Assembly (NCBI GenBank): GCA_963705505.1 | Contig: CAVPJU010000003.1 | Coordinates: 224,001 to 288,000 of the forward strand | Length of the DNA: 64,000 nucleotides | Source of the DNA: an uncultured bacterium | GTDB taxonomy: Bacteria > Desulfobacterota_D > UBA1144 > Nemesobacterales > UBA2774 | Direction: 5' to 3' | Part shown: piece after piece, positions 48,290 through 58,333 of the stretch | Numbering within the stretch: the first letter of the stretch is position 1 | Layout of the letters: each line of letters starts with the position of its first letter | The notes under the pieces: model-generated | Databases searched by the model: none | What the model was told of the DNA's origin: nothing | Seen by the model: only the letters and a program-made list of their open reading frames with translations | Made by a program: the position numbers and the translations under genes

Positions 48290-48713
48290 CTTGCCCTTTA
48301 ATAAAGCCGATAAGGACCGCCTCGATATATATATCGACGGCGCCGCCAGGGGGAATCCGGGGGAATCCGGGATAGGTGTTTTGATAATGGAGGAGAGCGG
48401 CAGGACGCGGGAGGTCAAAAAATACCTCGGCACCCGGACAAACAACCAGGCCGAATACACGGCCCTTATCACAGCCCTCGAATCCGTCAAAGACCATAAA
48501 AACCAAGAAATCCATATCTTCACCGACTCCTTATTGCTTGCGAACCAGATGAACGGAATCTGGAAAGTCAGGCACCCCGAAATCAAAGAGCTCCACACGA
48601 GGGCAAAAAGCTTAATCGAAGGATTCAGCAGGGTTACAATCCGCCACATCCCCAGAGAACTGAACAAAGAAGCCGACAGGCTTGCTAATATCGCCATTGA
48701 TGAATATCTTTAA
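48270..48713 (+). CDS. rnhA: Ribonuclease HI family protein
   Basis: YIDGAARGNPGESG, TNNQAEY, TDSLLLANQ, HIPRELNKEADRLAN. Confidence 0.9.
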   Translation: MKLKQDSLPFNKADKDRLDIYIDGAARGNPGESGIGVLIMEESGRTREVKKYLGTRTNNQAEYTALITALESVKDHKNQEIHIFTDSLLLANQMNGIWKVRHPEIKELHTRAKSLIEGFSRVTIRHIPRELNKEADRLANIAIDEYL

Positions 48714-48716
48714 CGG

Positions 48717-49107
48717 AGAAGCAAGTGAGCCGGGCAATCGCTGGTCTCTGCACAAAATGCAGGGACTGGAGGAAAGTCCGAACTCCGCAGGGCAGAGCGC
48801 TGGGTAACGCCCAGGTGTCGCGAGACAACGGAAAGTGCCGCAGAAAACAAACCGCCAAAGCCCTTCGATCAAGAAGGGCCGGTAAGGGTGAAAAGGCAGT
48901 GTAAGAGACTACCGCGCCTGCTGGCGACAGCGGGCGGCAAGGTAAACCCCGCTCGGAGAAAGACAAAATAGGGAAGCGCTTTTCTTATTGAAATAAAGGA
49001 CGGCCCGTCCGATGCTTCCGGGTATGTTGCAAGAGGCATTCAGTAATGGATGTCCCAGATGAATGATTGTCCAAGACAGAATTCGGCTTACAGGCTCGCT
49101 TGCTTCT
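48717..49107 (+). ncRNA. rnpB: RNase P RNA (type A)
   Basis: GAGGAAAGTCCGAACTCC, GGAAAGTGCCGCAGAAA, GGTAAACCCC and ACAGAATTCGGCTTA; the terminal P1 helix pairs AGAAGCAAGTGAGCC with GGCTCGCTTGCTTCT. Confidence 0.96.
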
Positions 49108-50309
49108 AACTTATTTTTACAAGTACAAATTCCTTCTTCCCGATCCTCAGATGAAGCGGGCCCTTGTCAGGCATCACGGCAGTCGTATCCGTGAATTTTT
49201 CCCCGTCTGATGCTGACCCCGCCCTGAGCTATGAGCCTCTTTGCCTCATTCCTGCTCTTTAGCTTCTCGGACGACTCGACCACTAAATCTAGTATCGTCT
49301 TACTGTTGTTCCAGCCGATGACGACTTGTCTTGCATCTTCAGGAAATTCCCTATTGGAGAATTTCGTCTCGAAGTCTTCTTTAGCTATAATCGCAGCATT
49401 CTCCCCGTGTAGCCAGGAAGTGATCTCACTTGCAAGAGCCTTCTTAGCGTCCATCGGGTGCCCTTTTTTAAGGGCGTTTATCTCTTTCTCGGATTTGGAA
49501 GTCAGAAGCCCGTAGTACCGCCACATGAGGTCGTCAGGGATCGACATCATCTTCCCGTACATATCGACGGGCGGGTCTTCGACCGCGATATAGTTGTTAA
49601 GCGATTTCGACATCTTCCTCACGCCGTCAAGACCTTCGAGTATCGGGAGGAGAATCGCCACCTGCGGCTCCTGTCCGAAATTTTTCTGAACGCTGCGGCC
49701 GAGGAGTATGTTGAACTTCTGGTCAGTCCCGCCGAACTCGACGTCAGACTCCATATTGACGGAATCATACGCCTGTATGAGCGGATACATGAACTCGTTG
49801 ATCGTGATCGAAACGCCCGACTTGTATCGCTTGCTGAAATCGTCTCTCTCCAGCATGCGGGCTACGGTCTCGAGCGCGGAAAGCCTGAGCAGCTCCTCCC
49901 CGGTCATCTTACCGAGCCAGGACGAATTGAACATAACTTCCGTCTTTTCCCTGTCGAGGATCTTAAAGACCTGCCTCTCGTACGTGCGGGCGTTCTCCTC
50001 AACATCCGCTTTCGTGAGCGGGGGTCTGGTCTCGGACCTCCCGGACGGGTCACCGATCATGGCCGTGAAGTCTCCGATGAGGAACAAAATAGTGTGTCCC
50101 AGGTCCTGAAACTCCCTCAGCTTCTTCAATAATACACAGTGACCGAGGTGAAGATCAGGGGCTGTCGGGTCAAAGCCCGCCTTAACCCTGAGGGGCCTGC
50201 CCTCTTCTTTCGACTTCTTGAGCTTCGATAGAAGCTCCTCTTCGGAGATTATCTCCTCCGTTCCCCGTTTGATAATCCGAAGCTGCTCTCCGGGCTCTTT
50301 AAATCTCAA
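49106..50309 (-). CDS. tyrS: Tyrosine--tRNA ligase; the S4-like C-terminal tail is displaced by a 1-nt frameshift near 49208
   Basis: [34 protein letters not shown]. The ORF as read ends at 49167, but the canonical tail DGEKFTD...[14 protein letters not shown] lies in the +1 frame and ends at 49106. Confidence 0.95.
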
Positions 50310-50467
50310 CCTGCTAATTCCCCTTTCTCACGGAGTATTTCAGTCAATGAAATCGTTCAGAAATATAGAATATCACGATAGTTAGTCAATGGTGAGATTT
50401 TTGCCCCCTGTATTCAACACCCTTTCCTCTCTGTTTATAATTCAAACATTAGATACAATAATGGCGC

Positions 50468-50998
50468 ATGATAACCGAAATCCAGGGCAGAAAACTCAGG
50501 CTTCTCATACCGGCGTCCGAAATACAGGAGCGCGTCAGGGAACTCGGACAGCAAATCACGAAGGATTATTCCCAAAAGAACCCGGTGCTCATAGGGATTC
50601 TGAAAGGGGGTTTCATATTCCTGGCCGATCTCGTAAGGCAGATCGATTTTAACGTCGAAATCGATTTCATAAGGGCATCGAGTTATAAGGAGGGCATGGA
50701 GCCGGGGGAGATCGAGCTCGTGACGGACGTAATATCCCCGCTTAAAGGGAGGCACGTGATTTTGATAGAGGATATGCTCGATACCGGGGTTACGCTCAAT
50801 TACTTAAAATCCGTGATTCATTCCAAGGAGCCGGCATCCCTCAAAATTTGCGCGCTCATAGACAAGAAAGAGAGGAGGCAGGTCGAAATCGACGCCGATT
50901 ACGTGGGGTTCGATATCGAAGAGGGGTTCATAGTCGGGTACGGGACAGACTGCGGGGAGATGGGGAGAAACCTGCCCGGTGTTTACGTTCTGGAATAA
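50468..50998 (+). CDS. hpt: Hypoxanthine phosphoribosyltransferase
   Basis: GILKGGFIFLADL, RASSY, VILIEDMLDTGVTL, FIVGYG.D. Confidence 0.94.
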   Translation: MITEIQGRKLRLLIPASEIQERVRELGQQITKDYSQKNPVLIGILKGGFIFLADLVRQIDFNVEIDFIRASSYKEGMEPGEIELVTDVISPLKGRHVILIEDMLDTGVTLNYLKSVIHSKEPASLKICALIDKKERRQVEIDADYVGFDIEEGFIVGYGTDCGEMGRNLPGVYVLE

Positions 50999-51101
50999 AC
51001 CCGCTTTCGGACAGACAGAACGACCGGCGGGCAGAACCATAAGGTAAAAAAATCGCCCCAGACCGGTTAAAATAAATTAAAAAATACTATCGGAGATCAA
51101 T

Positions 51102-51563
51102 ATGAGTCTCAGGGAAAAGATACCCCAGGATTTAAAAGACGCCCTCAGGAGCAAAAAAGCCCTTGAGCTCACTGTGCTCAGGATGCTGCAGTCATCCATA
51201 AGGAACAAGGAGATCGAGAAAAACAAGAAAGAGCTTTCGGACGAGGAAGTTATAGAAGTCGTGGGGAGTGAAATAAAGAAGAGGAAAGAAGCTTCGGCCG
51301 AATTCGAGAAAGTGAACAGGCACGATGCCGCGGACAAGGAGAAAGCGGAGATCGAAATCCTGATGAAATATATGCCGAGCCAGCTTACTGAAGACGAAAT
51401 CAGGGCCGAAGTAAAAAAAGCTATAACCGCGGCGGACGCGAAGGGCGCGAAAGACCTCGGAAAGGTGATGAAAATCATAATTCCCGCGGTAAAGGGTAAA
51501 GCGGACGGATCGACCGTCACTAAAATCGTTAAGGAAGAATTAGAGAAGCTCGAGCAGGCTTAA
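51102..51563 (+). CDS. GatB/YqeY domain protein
   Basis: DLKDALRSK...LRML.S.I.NKEI, K.RKEA...F...R.D....E.EIL..YMP.QL, DLGKVMK...KADG. Confidence 0.92.
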   Translation: MSLREKIPQDLKDALRSKKALELTVLRMLQSSIRNKEIEKNKKELSDEEVIEVVGSEIKKRKEASAEFEKVNRHDAADKEKAEIEILMKYMPSQLTEDEIRAEVKKAITAADAKGAKDLGKVMKIIIPAVKGKADGSTVTKIVKEELEKLEQA

Positions 51564-51667
51564 AATGTCACAAATCTGATTGCCGGTCCGGGTTCATAGC
51601 AGTCACAGCCCCAAAACCGGCGTCAAAATCCTTTTCAATAACGGTATTCAACCAACAGGAGACTTAC

Positions 51668-53494
51668 ATGGCAGATACGGCAAAAACACTCAAATCGGGA
51701 TCGGAGGGCATCGTATGGGACCTTTCCGATCTTTATTCCGGCCTCAACGACCCCCGTATTGAACGGGACCTAAAGGACCTGATAAAAAAATCCGAAGCGT
51801 TCGAGAAAAAATACAGGGGGAAAATAAATTCGAAGAACATAAGCGCCCCTACCCTCCTTAAGGCTGTCCGGGAGCTTGAGTCCATAAGCGAGCTCATAGG
51901 GAAGCTCCTTTCGTTCGCATACTTGATTTTTGCCGCCGACACCGCAAAGCCCGAGCACGGCGCGTTCCTGCAAAAAATGCAGGAGAGGGCGACTGAGGCA
52001 AGAAAGTACCTGATGTTCTTCGAGCTCGAATGGGTGGCTTTAAAAAACGCGAAAGCGGAAAAGCTGATAAACGATAAGAGGCTTTCCGATTACCGCCATT
52101 TTCTCGAGCAGGAAAGGCGTTATAAACCCCACAGGCTGAGCGAGCCCGAAGAAAAGATAATGGACGAAAAAGCCAACACGGGTTCGAGGGCGTTCAAGCG
52201 ACTGTTCGACGAAGTGCTCAACAACATACGGTTTAAAGTGAAGCTCGAAGGGAAGGTCAAATCACTCAGCGAAACCGAGACGCTTGCGCTCCTATACGAC
52301 CCCGACCGTGCAAAACGTAAAGCGGCCGCCAGGGGGCTGACCGGAGGTCTCACCGAAAACTCGCACGTGCTGACATATATATTCAACACGCTCGTCCAGG
52401 ATCACGCCGTCAATGACCGCCTGCGCTCTTTCTCATACCCGATGGAGTCCCGGCATCTCGACAATGAGATAGATAAAAAAACCGTCTCCGCACTGATGAC
52501 CTCCTGTGAAAAGAACTACGAGATGGTCGAAACCTATTACAACCTCAAAAAGAAACTCCTGGGGCTCGGGAAGTTCTACGATTATGACCGTTATTCCCCC
52601 ATTTTTTCAGAATCGAAAACAATCAAATACAAGGACGGGAAAGAGATCATCCTCTCGTCGTTTGAAAAATTCTCCCCGAAGATGGCCGGTATAGCGGATA
52701 AATTTTTCCAAGGGAACTGGATCGACGCCGAGATAAGGGACGGGAAGCGGGGAGGCGCGTTCAGCCACGGCACTGTCCCGAGCGCACACCCGTATGTATT
52801 CATGAACTACACCGGGAAGCTCCGGGACGTCATGACGCTCGCGCATGAGCTCGGACACGGAGTGCACCAATACCTTTCGAGAAAGCAGGGGTATTTCCAG
52901 TCGAACACCCCGCTTACGACGGCAGAGACCGCAAGCGTTTTTGCCGAGATCCTCGTATTTCATAAACTGACCGAGACGGAGAAGGACCCGAGGACTAAGC
53001 TTTCTCTCATCTGCAGCAAGCTCGAGGATATATTCGCCACCGTTTTCCGCCAGGTGGTGCTGACGAGGTTCGAGGAAAGCCTTCACATGAGGAGAAGGGA
53101 AAAGGGCGAGCTTCCGCAGGAAGAGATAAATAAATTATGGATTGAAGCGAATAGGCCGATGTTCGGGAAGTCGGTCGAGCTCACGGAAGATTACAGCCGC
53201 TGGTGGATGTACATACCCCACTTCATTCACTCCCCCTTTTACTGCTACGCATATTCGTTCGGGGAGCTCCTCGTGCTCGCGCTCTACAGTAAATATCTGA
53301 ACGAAGGCGATAAATTCGTCCCGCGCTATATAGAGATGCTCTCCTCGGGGGGGAGCGTCGCGCCCGATAAGCTGCTCGCGCGGGTGGGTGTGGATATAAT
53401 GGACCCGGGATTCTGGCAGGGCGGTCTCGGCCTGCTTAAAGATATGGTCACGGACGCGGTAAAGCTCTCGGATAGGGTGGATAAAGCGGACTGA
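51668..53494 (+). CDS. pepF: Oligoendopeptidase F (peptidase M3B)
   Basis: WDLSDLY, GKRGGAF, TLAHELGHGVH (HExxH), AETASVFAE, IPHF...FYCYAY. Confidence 0.9.
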   Translation: MADTAKTLKSGSEGIVWDLSDLYSGLNDPRIERDLKDLIKKSEAFEKKYRGKINSKNISAPTLLKAVRELESISELIGKLLSFAYLIFAADTAKPEHGAFLQKMQERATEARKYLMFFELEWVALKNAKAEKLINDKRLSDYRHFLEQERRYKPHRLSEPEEKIMDEKANTGSRAFKRLFDEVLNNIRFKVKLEGKVKSLSETETLALLYDPDRAKRKAAARGLTGGLTENSHVLTYIFNTLVQDHAVNDRLRSFSYPMESRHLDNEIDKKTVSALMTSCEKNYEMVETYYNLKKKLLGLGKFYDYDRYSPIFSESKTIKYKDGKEIILSSFEKFSPKMAGIADKFFQGNWIDAEIRDGKRGGAFSHGTVPSAHPYVFMNYTGKLRDVMTLAHELGHGVHQYLSRKQGYFQSNTPLTTAETASVFAEILVFHKLTETEKDPRTKLSLICSKLEDIFATVFRQVVLTRFEESLHMRRREKGELPQEEINKLWIEANRPMFGKSVELTEDYSRWWMYIPHFIHSPFYCYAYSFGELLVLALYSKYLNEGDKFVPRYIEMLSSGGSVAPDKLLARVGVDIMDPGFWQGGLGLLKDMVTDAVKLSDRVDKAD

Positions 53495-53535
53495 CTGATC
53501 TGATGTAATACCGGGAAGCCCCTTTACAGGGACAA

Positions 53536-55482
53536 TTAATTGGTTTCAGCAAGGACACCGTACAGGACATCGCTTAATTTCTGCATCTCGTAGGGCTTTG
53601 GCAAGACTCCTTTAAACCCGTACTTTTGATACTTTTCCAGAATGGGATCGCTCGAATAGCCGCTCGAAACGATCGCTTTTACACCGGGATCGAAATTGAG
53701 AAGCTTCTCGATAGCCTCTTTTCCGCCCATTCCGCCGGGAACCGTCAAATCCATGATCACCGTATCGAAGGGTTTCCCTTCCACCTTTGCCCTCTTGTAG
53801 AGTCTCAAAGCCTCGCTCCCGTCTCTTGCGAATTCGACTTCATAGCCTATATGGGTCAGCATTTCGCCCGCGGCTTCCCTCACCTCGATCTTATCATCCA
53901 TGATGAGGACCCTGCCCCTGCCCCTCTTTATTGCCCGGTCTATTATAGCTTCAGCGCTAACGGCAAGGCCCTTCGCGGGAAGGTATATAACGAATTTTGT
54001 GCCGACATGAAGCTCGGAATCCACCGTGACATAACCGCCGTGATTCTTTATGATCGAATACGAGGTGGCGAGACCCAGACCGCTCCCGGTCTGTTTGGTC
54101 GTAAAGTAGGGATCGAATATCCTTGACAAATACTCTTTCGGAATACCGATGCCTTCATCCGCGATCGTCGTCTTGACGTATTTACCTTCATCGAGGGGGA
54201 TCCCCTTCTCTCTCCTCGCATCGACGTTTTCAATTTTTATGGTGATTTTTCCTTCGTTAGTCATCGCCTGTGCGGCGTTAATCAACATATTGCTTATTAC
54301 CTGGCTTATCTGTCCCTCGTCTATTTCCACTGTCCAGAGCTTTTCATCCACGATAAAGTGGAAATCTATATTCGAACCGCTCATCGTAAAGTTGGCTGTT
54401 TCCCTTATAACCTTTTCGAGCGACATCGTGACCCTGTTCTCCAGCGTTCCGCCTTTGGAAAAAGTCAGAAGCTGGGTAGATAAGTCCTTCGCCTTGTGAC
54501 ATGCCCTAAGGGCTTGAAACAGCCTCTGCTTAACCTTTTCATCCGATATATCGGGCAGTGAGCTTAGAGAGATATTCCCCATTATCGATGTGAGCAGGTT
54601 ATTGAAATCGTGCGCGACTCCGCCCGCAAGCACTCCGATAGATTCCAGTTTTTGTACTTTGAGGAGCTCTTCTTCCAGTTTTTTCAATTCGGTTATATCT
54701 CTGAATACAAGCACGACTCCTATGATAATCCCGTCCCTGTCGCGGATAGGGGAGCTGCTTGCCGAAACGTACCTGCACCCTTCTCTTCCTTTAGTGATAA
54801 GTACGGTGCCGCTCTCGAGACCCACAACATTATTGGCATTTATCGCCTTGTTTACGGGGTTCTCTTTCGGCTCTCCAGTCTCGACATTAACAATGAAGAA
54901 AACATCTTCTATGAATTTCCCCAGGGCTTCCGAATTAGACCAGCCGGTTAAGCGCTCGGCAATCCTGTTTATGAGTACTACCTTTCCCTCGGTATCGGTC
55001 GCGATCACTCCGTCCCCGATCGAGCTGAGAGTGACAGCCAGACGCTCTTTCTCTTCAAACAACGCCTGTTCGATCTTCGTTCTGTTATTGATTTCCCTCT
55101 GCCTCTCGAGCGCATATCTTATCGAGCGGGTCAACTGATTGATGTCGACTTCCCCTTTTATCAGGTAGTCCTGGGCTCCGAGCTGTACCGCTTTCACGGC
55201 AAGCTCTTCATCGCTCACACCGGTAAGAACAATAACGGGGATTTCGGGATAACGCTCATGCAATACGGAAAACGATTTCAGCCCTTCGCTGTCGGGAAGC
55301 TGCAAGTCTAATAAAACCAGATCAAAATTGCCGTGCTCCAGTATCTCTAGACTTCTTGCGAGCGTACTGACACATTCGATCTTGAATTTAATATTCTTCG
55401 CTCCTCCCAGCTTTTTCTCGACGAGCCTGGAGTAGCTTTCGTTATCCTCGATCAATAATGTTTTAACTGAGCCTGCAGACAT
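53536..55482 (-). CDS. Hybrid sensor histidine kinase (REC-PAS-HisKA-HATPase-REC)
   Basis: LLIEDN/LLDL REC; SIGDGVIATD PAS; AGGVAHDFNNLL; DEGIG, FTTK..GSGLGL; C-terminal REC. Confidence 0.93.
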   Translation of the reverse strand: MSAGSVKTLLIEDNESYSRLVEKKLGGAKNIKFKIECVSTLARSLEILEHGNFDLVLLDLQLPDSEGLKSFSVLHERYPEIPVIVLTGVSDEELAVKAVQLGAQDYLIKGEVDINQLTRSIRYALERQREINNRTKIEQALFEEKERLAVTLSSIGDGVIATDTEGKVVLINRIAERLTGWSNSEALGKFIEDVFFIVNVETGEPKENPVNKAINANNVVGLESGTVLITKGREGCRYVSASSSPIRDRDGIIIGVVLVFRDITELKKLEEELLKVQKLESIGVLAGGVAHDFNNLLTSIMGNISLSSLPDISDEKVKQRLFQALRACHKAKDLSTQLLTFSKGGTLENRVTMSLEKVIRETANFTMSGSNIDFHFIVDEKLWTVEIDEGQISQVISNMLINAAQAMTNEGKITIKIENVDARREKGIPLDEGKYVKTTIADEGIGIPKEYLSRIFDPYFTTKQTGSGLGLATSYSIIKNHGGYVTVDSELHVGTKFVIYLPAKGLAVSAEAIIDRAIKRGRGRVLIMDDKIEVREAAGEMLTHIGYEVEFARDGSEALRLYKRAKVEGKPFDTVIMDLTVPGGMGGKEAIEKLLNFDPGVKAIVSSGYSSDPILEKYQKYGFKGVLPKPYEMQKLSDVLYGVLAETN

Positions 55483-55549
55483 TTAATTCTCCGAATCGAA
55501 GTTTTCACAACTGATGCATTTCGGGAATAGTTCAATCTATTTAGATGGT

Positions 55550-55565
55550 TGCAAAAACCGTACCA
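55550..55565 (-). promoter_or_regulatory. sigma54-type promoter of the hybrid kinase
   Basis: Minus strand TGGTACGGTTTTTGCA (GG-N10-GC), about 70 nt upstream of the ATG. Confidence 0.65.
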
Positions 55566-55745
55566 TTATCAATAATCATCATAATTTATTGACATTAAAT
55601 ATTAATTTGCAGACTGTGCAAAAATTGTCCGCCACTTAATTGACAAAATACGTAATTTTCATTTCTTCCGACAACAAACCTTTGTCAACTCGGACAAGAT
55701 ATAGTATGGGGGGAATAATAAATCGTCACTATAGAGAACGGTCTT

Positions 55746-57047
55746 TCACTTATTCAAGCTGTTAAAATTCAAGACCTTCCCTTTAGAGATATCGTCCTTC
55801 TTATTCTTCTCATCGTACATCAGCTCATCGGCCTTAACCAAAAGCCTGTCGATAGAAGACGGGACTCTGGGATCAAAGTTTGCTATCCCGAAACTAAAAG
55901 ATAAGTGATAAGGTCTCGTGCCCTTGGAGTTATGCCTGTCGAGATTTTCATGTATGCGCCGTCTGATGGAATCCTCTCCATTTCCGTCGGAATCAGTCGT
56001 CAGGGCTACGAATTCATCCCCGCTTATCCTGGCCGTAACGTCTGAGCTCCGGAAAGTCTGCTTTAATACCGCGGCGGCATCGATTAACGCCTGATCTCCC
56101 ACATTATGCCCGTAGGCGTCGTTAATTTGCTTGAGTCCGTCCAAATCGAGAAGGATGAGCAGCACCTGCTCCTTTCTCCTCTCCGCCGCTTTGATATGAT
56201 GCTCGGCAAAAGTCAGAAACCCGCGCCTGTTATAAAGACCTGTCAGGTCGTCGGTTATCGAAAGACTGCGGAGTCGTTCCTCCATTTTTTTCCGTTCCGT
56301 AATATCGCGGGAATTCGCAATTACACCCAGCCCACCCGACACCGGAGGACACATCTTTCCTATGGATTCGATAGTAAGCCAGTAACCCTCCTTATGCCTG
56401 ACGCGGAACTCGGTTGAATAAAGGCGGTCCTGATTCTGCAGGCCTTCGGTAAAGGTATCTAAAACCCGCGGCAAATCCTCCGGGTGGACGAATTCAAATA
56501 TCCTCTTGCCCACCAGGTCGTCGTCGTCGTAACCCAGTACGCGCTTATGCGAGGGGCTGACATATTTCATCGTACCGTCTACATCCATTACCGTTATAAG
56601 GTCCAATGTATTCTCTATAAGCAGTTTAAACCTTTCTTCCGTAGACTTTACGGCATCTTCTGCTTTTTTGCGCTCTATCGCATACATGATCGAGCGTACA
56701 AGGAGTCTCGCATCCACCTGTCCCTTCATCAGATAATCCTGAGCGCCCAACTGTACGGCCTTCAGGGCCAAAGATTCGTCATCCGTCCCCGTGAGCACTA
56801 TAATGGGGACCTCCGTAACTTCGCTGATACTGAGCAGGGTATCTATATTCCCGCTATCCGGCAGGTCGAGGTCGAGAAGAATAAGATCGATCCCCCCTTT
56901 GGAGGCCCTTTCATATCCTCCGGAGAATGTATCGTGATGCTCCACTTCCATCGTTGAGGACGTCTTTTTGGATAGAATCCTCTTTATTAATTGCGCATAA
57001 TCCAGGTTATCCTCGATCAGTAATATTTTTATGTTTTGCATATTCAT
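55746..57047 (-). CDS. REC-PAS-GGDEF diguanylate cyclase (SGDEF variant)
   Basis: REC; PAS (FVHPED); TDDLTGLYNRR, DLDGLKQINDAYGHNVGD, RSSD I-site, RISGDEF. Confidence 0.92.
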   Translation of the reverse strand: MNMQNIKILLIEDNLDYAQLIKRILSKKTSSTMEVEHHDTFSGGYERASKGGIDLILLDLDLPDSGNIDTLLSISEVTEVPIIVLTGTDDESLALKAVQLGAQDYLMKGQVDARLLVRSIMYAIERKKAEDAVKSTEERFKLLIENTLDLITVMDVDGTMKYVSPSHKRVLGYDDDDLVGKRIFEFVHPEDLPRVLDTFTEGLQNQDRLYSTEFRVRHKEGYWLTIESIGKMCPPVSGGLGVIANSRDITERKKMEERLRSLSITDDLTGLYNRRGFLTFAEHHIKAAERRKEQVLLILLDLDGLKQINDAYGHNVGDQALIDAAAVLKQTFRSSDVTARISGDEFVALTTDSDGNGEDSIRRRIHENLDRHNSKGTRPYHLSFSFGIANFDPRVPSSIDRLLVKADELMYDEKNKKDDISKGKVLNFNSLNK

Positions 57048-57302
57048 TTTCGATAGAATCTTACAGCATAAGCCGGCAATTAGAGTAAAACCATGCTCCG
57101 TCGTTCACTTCGCCGCGAGAACGAGCACGTCGGCATTGAACACAAGCGAGTCAAACGAATGCGGGAAACCCCTGAAATGGCGTTTCTAACATACACCATG
57201 GCTTGTCTCCGAATATTGCGCTTATGGCCGCTCATATGCTTCCGGTCAACTTAGCTCGGGATCAATCCTCCTTGCCGATACAGAATTACCTTAAAATATA
57301 GA

Positions 57303-57318
57303 TACAAAAAACATGCCA
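57303..57318 (-). promoter_or_regulatory. Possible sigma54-type promoter of the diguanylate cyclase
   Basis: Minus strand TGGCATGTTTTTTGTA (GG-N10-GT; the -12 element deviates from GC). Confidence 0.4.
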
Positions 57319-57581
57319 ATAAACGCATTTTATTTCTTTGACATAACACTTTGTAACAACTGGACAATTTCGAATTATTAATTACTCTCGCGGCACTGGT
57401 TTGATTTTGAAGAGACAATATTTGTCCGTTCTTTCCATATTTGTCATTCAAATTATATTTCTTACCACTGTCGATGAAAAAATCGCTCCGGCTGACAACT
57501 CATATTTAAACCCATAAATCTCCCAGCCTCGGGACATATCAATGAAGTTAGATGATATAATCTTGCGTCAGGAGACACGAA

Positions 57582-58211
57582 ATGAAACTGCTGGTCATAG
57601 GAGCAACGAGGGGGATAGGGGCGCAGCTTTCGGAGCAGGCGCATAAGCGGGGGCACGTGATCACCGCACTTGTAAGGAATCCGGAAAAAATCAAGTTTAA
57701 CACCGGAGCTCTCAACGTAATCGGAGGCGATATAAGGGACAAGGATTCCGTAGGCACGGCGGCAGCCGGTCAGGACGCGGTATGTATCACGATCGGCATC
57801 GGGCCTACATTCAAACCCGTGACAGTCTTTTCCGAGGGGACTAAGAACGTCGTAGAGGCGATGAAAAAGGAGAACGTCCAAAAATTGGTATGCGTCACAG
57901 GGATCGGTGCCGGGGATAGCAAAAACCACGGGGGGTTTCTTTACGACAAGCTCGTTTTCCCGATCTTTCTAAATACGATTTACAGGGACAAGAACATTCA
58001 GGAATTGATAGTAAGGCAGTCATCCCTGCAATGGCTTATAGTCAGACCGGGGTTTTTAACAAACGGCCCCATAACCGGCAAATACAGAGTCCTCACGGAT
58101 TTGACGGGTGTGACTTGCGGGAACATCTCGCGCGGGGACGTCGCGCACTTCATCCTCGGGGAGCTCGAAACCATGGAGCATTTCGGACAGACACCGCTCC
58201 TGACTTATTGA
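57582..58211 (+). CDS. NAD(P)-binding oxidoreductase (atypical SDR, flavin/biliverdin reductase-like)
   Basis: VIGATRGIG, ALVRNPEK, GDI.D, WLIVRPG.L, ISRGDVAHFI. Confidence 0.85.
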   Translation: MKLLVIGATRGIGAQLSEQAHKRGHVITALVRNPEKIKFNTGALNVIGGDIRDKDSVGTAAAGQDAVCITIGIGPTFKPVTVFSEGTKNVVEAMKKENVQKLVCVTGIGAGDSKNHGGFLYDKLVFPIFLNTIYRDKNIQELIVRQSSLQWLIVRPGFLTNGPITGKYRVLTDLTGVTCGNISRGDVAHFILGELETMEHFGQTPLLTY

Positions 58212-58333
58212 ATGAGAATAATCGAATTATTGTCGTTCCATCTGAATTTTTGATTAAGAATATGGAATATTCGGCAATCCCTGTATTATAATAGTTCAAA
58301 AAATATCAAGCGCGGAACAAACAGGAAACTTAT

